This document shows positions 25,698 through 32,000 of a stretch of DNA of 32,000 nt, in pieces. The notes under the pieces were generated by a model, which was not told where the DNA came from, did not search any database, and was given only the letters and a program-made list of their open reading frames with translations. Origin of the DNA: Candidatus Thorarchaeota archaeon (GTDB lineage Archaea; Asgardarchaeota; Thorarchaeia; Thorarchaeales; Thorarchaeaceae); assembly GCA_008080745.1 (NCBI GenBank), contig SHMX01000003.1, forward strand, positions 450,001 to 482,000. The letters are read 5' to 3'. The position numbers and the translations under genes are program-made. Within the stretch, counting starts at the first letter, position 1. Each line of letters begins with the position of its first letter.

Positions 25698-27674
25698 ATG
25701 AGCGAACAGAGAGTTATCCGGCAGATGAAATGGGACATCAGCCCTGAGCAAATGCATATGAATGCTGAAAGGACAATCGAGACTGTTAGAAAACAGCTTG
25801 ATGACATTGCTAGCACACCAGCTGGAGATGAAAACCTTGAAACACTCTTACAGTTCGAAGAGGCTTTTGCATCGGTGCGAGAAACCTGTGGTCCAATAGA
25901 GTTTCTAAAGTATGTGTCAACAGACAAGAATCAGCGTGATGCCGCTGATGAGATTGAGAAAGAAGCACAGAAGTTTGTAAACGAGATGTGGAGCAGAAGT
26001 GACCTATACAAAGTTCTTGTCAGATTGGAACCGCAAATGGATGATTTTGATGATGAGGAGAAGCTCCTGCTTCAACGGACCCTTGAGGAGTTTCGTCATC
26101 GAGGTGCAGCACTAGAGAAAGATAAAGGAATGGAATTTCTGGAGATTGCTAATAATATCTCCGTACTTCAATCGGAATTTAATAGAGTTCTAAATGAGGT
26201 CACTACAAAGGTACCTTGTACCGAAAAAGAGCTAGAGGGAGTTCCAAAGCAGGTGTACGAAGAACTTGAGGTGGTTGATGATAAGTACCAATTGCCTCTT
26301 GATTATCCTGTTTACTTTGCTGTAATCAAATATGCAATGAATCCTGATACCCGGAAACGAATGATGATTGCATTCCTACAACGCGGAGGGGAGGATAATA
26401 AGGAAAAGCTTGAGGATGCCCTAGCATTACGAGAACGTCAATGTAAACTACTAGGACACTCGAATTTTGCAGAATACGAGATAAAGCGGAAGATGGCCAA
26501 GACACCAGAACGTGTTCAGACATTCTTGGAAGATCTCAAAGTGAAACTTGCACCGTTGGCGGAGAAAGAGATGCAGGTCATGGCAGAGATGAAGGCTAGG
26601 GACTTGGAAATTCCTGTGAACGATGTCAAGTTAGAACCCTTTGATTTGTTCTACTATAATGAACTCATATTGAAAGAGAATTATCAGATCGACCAAAACG
26701 AGATCAAAGAATATTTTCCCATGTCCACCGTTGTACAGGGAGTTCTAGATGTCTATCAGACTGTCTTAAACCTTCGATTTGAGGAGGTAGAAGATGCAAA
26801 TATCTGGCATGAGGATGTTCGAGAGTTTCAGGTATATGACAAAGTATCTGGAAATCTAATGGGTGTGTTTTACCTAGACCTTTATCCCCGGGATGGAAAG
26901 TTCAAGCACTATGCAGTTTTCAACTTTCTAGATGGAAGAGTAAAGGATGGTCAGAGATTACTACCTATTACGTCTATGGTCGCCAACTTCCAAAAACCTT
27001 CCAAGACTCAACCATCACTTTTGACACATAGTGAAGTTGAAACATTCTTTCATGAGTTTGGGCACCTAATGCATGTAATTACTGGCAAGGCTAAGTTCGC
27101 TCGATTTGGATTGGAGGGTGTACTTCCTGATTTCATTGAAGTACCCTCTCAGATGTTAGAGAATTGGGCGTGGAAGGAAGAGGTACTAGAACTACTATCG
27201 GGACACTACAAGAATCCCGAGAAGAAATTACCCAGTGAGGTGCTCAAAAAGATGATTGAAGCAAAATTGCTCAATGTTGGATGTTTCCAGTTGCGACAAG
27301 TATTCTATGCTTCAATAGATATGTTGTATCACACAAAAGAAGTAGAAGATACAACTCAAGCATTTTTGAATCTCTTTAAAGAGATAACCAAATTTGACCT
27401 TATGGAGGATACAACTCCAGAGGCTAGCTTTGGACACATAATGAGCAGTTATGCTGCAGGATACTATAGCTATCTCTGGTCAAAGGTCTATGCAGAAGAC
27501 CTTTTCACCAAGTTCGAGAAGAATGGGTTTATGGATGAAAAGACCGGACTCGAATATCGGGAAACAATTCTCGCACCAGGTGGAAGCAGGGATCCTGATG
27601 AAATGGTGATCGAGTTTCTGGGCCGAGAATCCAACAATAAGGCGTTCTTGAAATCTCTAGGAATCGGAGAGTAA
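25698..27674 (+). CDS. M3A oligopeptidase (thimet oligopeptidase/neurolysin-like)
   Basis: FFHEFGHLMH zinc motif, DLYPRDGK, DFIEVPSQMLENW, SFGHIMSSYAAGYYSYLWS. Confidence 0.93.
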   Translation: MSEQRVIRQMKWDISPEQMHMNAERTIETVRKQLDDIASTPAGDENLETLLQFEEAFASVRETCGPIEFLKYVSTDKNQRDAADEIEKEAQKFVNEMWSRSDLYKVLVRLEPQMDDFDDEEKLLLQRTLEEFRHRGAALEKDKGMEFLEIANNISVLQSEFNRVLNEVTTKVPCTEKELEGVPKQVYEELEVVDDKYQLPLDYPVYFAVIKYAMNPDTRKRMMIAFLQRGGEDNKEKLEDALALRERQCKLLGHSNFAEYEIKRKMAKTPERVQTFLEDLKVKLAPLAEKEMQVMAEMKARDLEIPVNDVKLEPFDLFYYNELILKENYQIDQNEIKEYFPMSTVVQGVLDVYQTVLNLRFEEVEDANIWHEDVREFQVYDKVSGNLMGVFYLDLYPRDGKFKHYAVFNFLDGRVKDGQRLLPITSMVANFQKPSKTQPSLLTHSEVETFFHEFGHLMHVITGKAKFARFGLEGVLPDFIEVPSQMLENWAWKEEVLELLSGHYKNPEKKLPSEVLKKMIEAKLLNVGCFQLRQVFYASIDMLYHTKEVEDTTQAFLNLFKEITKFDLMEDTTPEASFGHIMSSYAAGYYSYLWSKVYAEDLFTKFEKNGFMDEKTGLEYRETILAPGGSRDPDEMVIEFLGRESNNKAFLKSLGIGE

Positions 27675-27675
27675 G

Positions 27676-28088
27676 TTAGCTGAAGTAGAGTACGAATGGG
27701 TTCATCAAGAGCCCATTGGTACTCAAGTCTGATTTGTATGCGGAGTATATCCGAATTCATATGTTCGCCTATTCAGCATTTGATTTTTTCACACCTCCTG
27801 TACTCCCAATCCACGTATCTGATGAAACAACCGAACCGATTATCGAGCTCAGGGACACGCTCAGAATTTCCTCCCTGATTTTTTTCAAATCGAATTCAAT
27901 CAGATCATAGGAGCGTAGAAACTCTGGAGTTTACTGGTGATGACCTACGATTCTGCTAGCTTGGTATCGTGGTCGACATTCAGAATCTCAGGAAGGTTGG
28001 CCGACCTCACCAAGATACTGAATGAAATTCCAAGTTGATGGATTTTATCACAAAACAGACCCATCTCCAAAGAACCCAATATCACCAT
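27676..28088 (-). pseudogene. Possible degraded gene remnant in a 600-bp gap between convergent genes
   Basis: Protein-like but interrupted minus-strand frames: 28088-27945 (MVILGSLEMG...KLAES*) and 27930-27676 (TPEFLRSYDLIEFDLKKIREEIL..., with internal stops). Confidence 0.25.
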
Positions 28089-28224
28089 GTGAACCTAATA
28101 TGGACTATATTTAGGTCCTGTATGATCCGTTTGCAAACGGAAATACCAGGTTATGGAATATTGATTGGACATGGCTAAAATTCGCAGGAAGCTTAGGTAT
28201 ATAAGTTTTAACAAAAATTAACCT

Positions 28225-28248
28225 GAGGAGGGAGAAGTTCCCTCGCTC
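28225..28248 (-). terminator. Hairpin downstream of the pccB-like gene
   Basis: GAG-GAGGGA-gaagt-TCCCTC-g-CTC (9 bp, one bulge), about 21 nt after the stop; TTTTT follows on the minus strand. Confidence 0.55.
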
Positions 28249-28269
28249 TTGGTTTACTGTATCTAGGTA

Positions 28270-29817
28270 CTACAATGGAATATTGCCATGTTTCTTTGGA
28301 GGGCGTGTCTGACGCTTGGTTGAGAGAATATCAAGACCCTGACAAATGAGTTTGCGAGTTTCATGCGGAAAGATGACCTTGTCAATATAGCCTAACCCTG
28401 CAGCAATATATGGATTAGCAAACTTCTCTCTGTAATTTGCGACTAATTCAGCTTTCTTGGCAACCTTATCCTTGGCCTTTGCCAGCTCTTTTCGGAACAC
28501 AATATTGATAGCTCCATCGGGACCCATCACAGCAATCTCAGCAGTAGGCCAAGCATAGACCTGATCTGCTCCAATATGACGAGAAGACATGACATCATAT
28601 GCCCCACCATATCCCTTTCGTGTGATGATGGTAATCAGAGGAACTGTAGCCTCTGCATAAGCATACAAGATCTTTGCACCATGACGAATGATTCCACCCC
28701 ATTCCTGTTCAGTACCCGGAAGATATCCAGGCACGTCCATGAAGGTAATAACGGGTATATTAAAGGCATCACAGAATCTGACAAAACGTGAGCATTTATC
28801 GGATGCGTCAATGTTAATGGTTCCGGCCAAATGAGCGGGATTATTTCCAACTATTCCAACTGAACGTCCGTCAAATCTGGCGAATCCAACAGTCATGTTT
28901 TTGGCCCAATGCTCATGAACCTCAAAGAATTCTCCATTATCCACAAGTTTTGTAATGACCTCACGCATATCATAGGGTTTGTTTGGATCCTCGGGAACAA
29001 CGTCGTCAATGGATTCGTCAACATCATCAGGAGAATGTCCTGTATCAACTCGTGGAGGATCCTCCATGTTGTTGCTTGGAATATAACTGAGTAGTGTTCG
29101 AAGTTGGGCGATACACTCGTCCTCATCCTCACTAGCAAAGTGAGACACTCCGCTGACCGAGTTATGGGTCATAGCTCCACCTAACTCCTCAAAGGATACT
29201 TCTTCACCAGTCACGGTCTTGATCACCTCTGGACCGGTGATGAACATATGAGAAGTTTCTTTGACCATGAAAGTAAAGTCTGTCACTGCTGGGCTATAGA
29301 CAGCGCCACCAGCACAGGGTCCCATGATGGCAGAGATTTGAGGGATAACGCCGCTAGCATGGGTATTTCTACGGAAAATCCAACAGTAGCTGGCAAGTGA
29401 TTTGACACCCTCCTGAATACGTGCTCCACCACTGTCATTGAACCCAATGACAGGAGCCCCGGTCTCTAATGCCATATCCATGACTTTGCAAATCTTGAGA
29501 CCATACATCTCAGCCAGTGAGCCACCAAAGACGGTGAAATCCTGACTGAAGACAAAGACTTTGCGACCATTCACAGTACCATATCCGGTAATAACACCGT
29601 CACCTAGAATGGTCTTTTCATCCATACCAAACTCGGTCTCTCGATGGACAACAAATTCATCAATCTCGACAAAGGAACCAGGATCGAGGAACTTCTCGAT
29701 TCGTTCTCGAGCCGTATATTTACCCTTGTCATGCTGGCGTTTAATTCGTGCCTCTCCACCAGCTTTCAATAATTCTTCACGTTTTCTTTTTAGCTCTTCA
29801 AAACCGTCTTTGGTCAT
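28270..29817 (-). CDS. pccB: Acyl-CoA carboxylase carboxyltransferase beta subunit (PccB/MmdA/transcarboxylase 12S family)
   Basis: [53 protein letters not shown] and terminal KKHGNIPL. Confidence 0.95.
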   Translation of the reverse strand: MTKDGFEELKRKREELLKAGGEARIKRQHDKGKYTARERIEKFLDPGSFVEIDEFVVHRETEFGMDEKTILGDGVITGYGTVNGRKVFVFSQDFTVFGGSLAEMYGLKICKVMDMALETGAPVIGFNDSGGARIQEGVKSLASYCWIFRRNTHASGVIPQISAIMGPCAGGAVYSPAVTDFTFMVKETSHMFITGPEVIKTVTGEEVSFEELGGAMTHNSVSGVSHFASEDEDECIAQLRTLLSYIPSNNMEDPPRVDTGHSPDDVDESIDDVVPEDPNKPYDMREVITKLVDNGEFFEVHEHWAKNMTVGFARFDGRSVGIVGNNPAHLAGTINIDASDKCSRFVRFCDAFNIPVITFMDVPGYLPGTEQEWGGIIRHGAKILYAYAEATVPLITIITRKGYGGAYDVMSSRHIGADQVYAWPTAEIAVMGPDGAINIVFRKELAKAKDKVAKKAELVANYREKFANPYIAAGLGYIDKVIFPHETRKLICQGLDILSTKRQTRPPKKHGNIPL

Positions 29818-29992
29818 GACTTGGCCTCACGATAGATTCAGGTTAGGGGGACTCGCCATATTTAGGATTTGAATGTTCTGGTTAAACGTACGTCACGAAT
29901 ATGAACGGTATTCCCAATCTAAATACAACTAGAGTGTTCATTCGGGCAAATTGACAAGAATCATCTCTATTCAGATGAATTCGTGTGTGTCT

Positions 29993-30184
29993 TTATGCTC
30001 GCTTACAGATACGCATGCAACGGGAGTTGGTTATGCCCAGTTCGGTAAGGTCAGGATTTGGTTTGCTGAGTTCCACCTCTAGTCTATGAAGATACTCAAC
30101 ATACAATTTTCTTATTTCCAGACAATCCAAATTTGATTCGTGTGGGATATTACTTTCATCCTCAGAAATGGGATTATGTTTCAC
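29993..30184 (-). CDS. Small hypothetical protein (63 aa)
   Basis: GTG start preceded by a strong GAGGAGGG RBS; helical, amphipathic middle. Confidence 0.45.
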   Translation of the reverse strand: MKHNPISEDESNIPHESNLDCLEIRKLYVEYLHRLEVELSKPNPDLTELGITNSRCMRICKRA

Positions 30185-30276
30185 TGACTTCCCTCCTCAC
30201 GACAAGTATATTGACTTGAAGACTATTATATATTGAGTTTCTAATTTGAATGAAAAAAAGTACTGAATATATCCTT

Positions 30277-31404
30277 CTAGCTCAGATTACTGGTGGGGTA
30301 CTTGTATGAAAATGAAAATACCCTAAAGACATCCGAAACAAACTCACCATGAGATATAGGAAAATTAGCAGAAACACCGCCGGAAAAAGCATATCGCTCT
30401 TCATAGATATTTGTGATTCTTCGTAGAGCAATCAGTGATACCTTATCGGGATTCTCCGCAACAAGATATCCTGTAAAATGATTAGTCCGTTCGATTACAA
30501 CTTCACGCTTCCCAAGTTTTATTCTACTTATTTTCTCATTGATTTCATCGGTTGCTGTAATTTCATTGAGTAAAATTGAAGCCCCATGTAGAGCAGCGGA
30601 AGTCATTTCGGGAGTTGTCATAGAACGATCTAACCAATCCACACATGCAATAGGAAGGCTGGGATCGTCATTAGACGACAATATTATTCGATACAACACA
30701 CTGGAAGAGAGAGAAAGAAAAAGAGGTGTTCTTGCAAAGGAGTAAACTACCAACCCCATTGCAATGGATAGAGAAATGTTGGAGAGCGTCATACCAACAG
30801 CATTGGGAAACAGATAGATGATGCCAGTCCCCAGAGAGGCGATAATACAACCCAGTCCAAATAATCTGAACGAATGGATTGCGCTAGACCGAAGATTTAC
30901 TCTTCTCAGTCTTCTGAGAATTAGAACGATTATCTCGATTGCAGGAAGTGCAGTCATAGTGTTGAGTATCGGGAAATACACGCTGTCTGACAATACAACC
31001 CATAGTCCAGTCGTCATGTCAAAAGCTACCCATACATAACGGGGTAACAAATAGAGTAAACACATCGCTCCATAAAAAAAGGCATAGATTATCAAACGGT
31101 TCCAGGGCGTGTCAGATTGCGACTCTAAAAGAGAACGAATAACAAGAAAAGCAGCTAAATAGAAACAGACCCCCGAGAGGCGTAGGAACATATCGACCAA
31201 ATAAATGGGGGTTTCTTGAGAATACCGGACAAAGAGGTCAAATATGGAAGATATCGCCATCAGGGACATCCCAATACCAAGATGGAGAATTGGTCTAAAC
31301 CGCCAAAGGAGAAACTGCTTCATGGATACTACAACCAACGTAGAATAAATAGCCAACATGAAGAGATTCGATATCATATTAGCAAGGTAGACCTCCATAC
31401 TCAT
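30277..31404 (-). CDS. Seven-TM membrane protein with C-terminal cytoplasmic longin/roadblock-like domain
   Basis: Seven hydrophobic segments in residues ~1-225, then LYRIILS...EMTSAALHGASILLNEI...IKLGKREVVIE...GYLVAE (longin pattern). Confidence 0.75.
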   Translation of the reverse strand: MSMEVYLANMISNLFMLAIYSTLVVVSMKQFLLWRFRPILHLGIGMSLMAISSIFDLFVRYSQETPIYLVDMFLRLSGVCFYLAAFLVIRSLLESQSDTPWNRLIIYAFFYGAMCLLYLLPRYVWVAFDMTTGLWVVLSDSVYFPILNTMTALPAIEIIVLILRRLRRVNLRSSAIHSFRLFGLGCIIASLGTGIIYLFPNAVGMTLSNISLSIAMGLVVYSFARTPLFLSLSSSVLYRIILSSNDDPSLPIACVDWLDRSMTTPEMTSAALHGASILLNEITATDEINEKISRIKLGKREVVIERTNHFTGYLVAENPDKVSLIALRRITNIYEERYAFSGGVSANFPISHGEFVSDVFRVFSFSYKYPTSNLS

Positions 31405-31425
31405 TCATAACACCACGAATAACGG

Positions 31426-31433
31426 TTTATATA
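31426..31433 (-). promoter_or_regulatory. Archaeal TATA box for the 7TM-longin gene
   Basis: TATATAAA on the minus strand, about 22 nt upstream of ATG 31404, consistent with a leaderless or short-leader transcript. Confidence 0.45.
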
Positions 31434-31549
31434 TCGGTGCAAATCTTCACTAATAGCATTATTGGGACAAGAATGAGAAGTTTGACTTGATTGATGCCAA
31501 TGAAATACATTTTAACCAGTGAGTAGATACAGAAAATGTCGTGTGAATA

Positions 31550-31840
31550 ATGGCAAAGGTTGTACAACAAGAATGGAGAGTACAATTTCACAAGGCTTTG
31601 AGTAATCCTGTTAGATTGCAGATTGTCGAAACCTTAATTGATGGGGAATTGTGCCAATGTGATATATTCCCAGTAATTGGTCTCTCTCAATCAACAGTGT
31701 CATCTTATCTAACACAATTGGTTAAAGCTGGAATTTTACACGTTAGACGTGATGGACAGAGAAAGCTTTACTCCATTGCTAATGACAAAATCTTACGGCT
31801 AATCACAAGGATAAAAGAGGTAGCGACGGCACTCAATTAG
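31550..31840 (+). CDS. arsR: ArsR/SmtB-family metalloregulator
   Basis: KALSNPVRLQIV, ELCQCDI (ELCxCD As/Sb-binding box), LSQSTVSSYLTQLVKAGIL. Confidence 0.9.
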   Translation: MAKVVQQEWRVQFHKALSNPVRLQIVETLIDGELCQCDIFPVIGLSQSTVSSYLTQLVKAGILHVRRDGQRKLYSIANDKILRLITRIKEVATALN

Positions 31841-31860
31841 ATATGCCGTCATATGGAATC

Positions 31861-32000
31861 TTACTGGTTCTCACATAAAAGAGGATCGCCTCTTTCACGA
31901 CCATAGAATTTTCTTCCCAACCACAAAGAAACATAGACCAGGCCGATTAGAACAGGCACCTCGATTAACGGACCAACTACAGCTGCTAGAGCTTGACCTG
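31861..32000 (-). CDS. acr3: Acr3-family arsenite efflux transporter, C-terminal fragment (truncated by the window edge)
   Basis: Not in the ORF track. My translation: [45 protein letters not shown]; GPLIEVP is the Acr3 signature. Confidence 0.85.
   Translation of the reverse strand, partial: GQALAAVVGPLIEVPVLIGLVYVSLWLGRKFYGRERGDPLLCENQ

Noticed and set aside
30277-31404. Rhodopsin (heliorhodopsin/schizorhodopsin)
   Set aside because: No Lys in TM7 for retinal attachment and no rhodopsin motifs.
1-32000. CRISPR array, tRNA/rRNA, IS elements, integrase or exact tandem repeats
   Set aside because: No regularly spaced direct repeats, cloverleaf/rRNA motifs, terminal inverted repeats or transposase/integrase motifs found by eye; tRNAscan-SE, CRISPRCasFinder and ISEScan would be decisive.

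Overview
Gene-dense archaeal window, very likely from an Asgard archaeon (Thorarchaeia-like). This taxonomy is inferred from five longin/uDENN-like domains, a longin-small GTPase fusion, TPR-longin and 7TM-longin proteins, a giant sequon-rich membrane protein and GAGGTG-type ribosome-binding sites. I found no rRNA, tRNA, CRISPR array or IS element. Three gene layers are interleaved. (1) Acyl-CoA catabolism and biotin-dependent carboxyl transfer: acyl-CoA dehydrogenase, DUF35, a thiolase-fold protein lacking the nucleophilic Cys, a stand-alone biotin carrier, a PycB/OadA/5S-type carboxyltransferase with an epsilon-like tail, and a PccB/12S-type carboxyltransferase. With no biotin carboxylase in the window, this resembles a transcarboxylase. 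(2) A 12-kb co-oriented cluster (3761-15835): an NPRL2/uDENN-like longin with two winged helices, a 2360-aa adhesin-like membrane protein with a very acidic cytoplasmic tail, a longin-fused Arf-like GTPase, and four coiled-coil/winged-helix proteins. This is the best candidate for an undescribed surface-to-GTPase signalling or trafficking system. (3) Accessory genes: a frameshifted HTH-repeat/double-LAGLIDADG gene, an Eis-like acetyltransferase, an M3A oligopeptidase, ArsR and a partial Acr3. Domain calls come from motif recognition by eye, not database searches.
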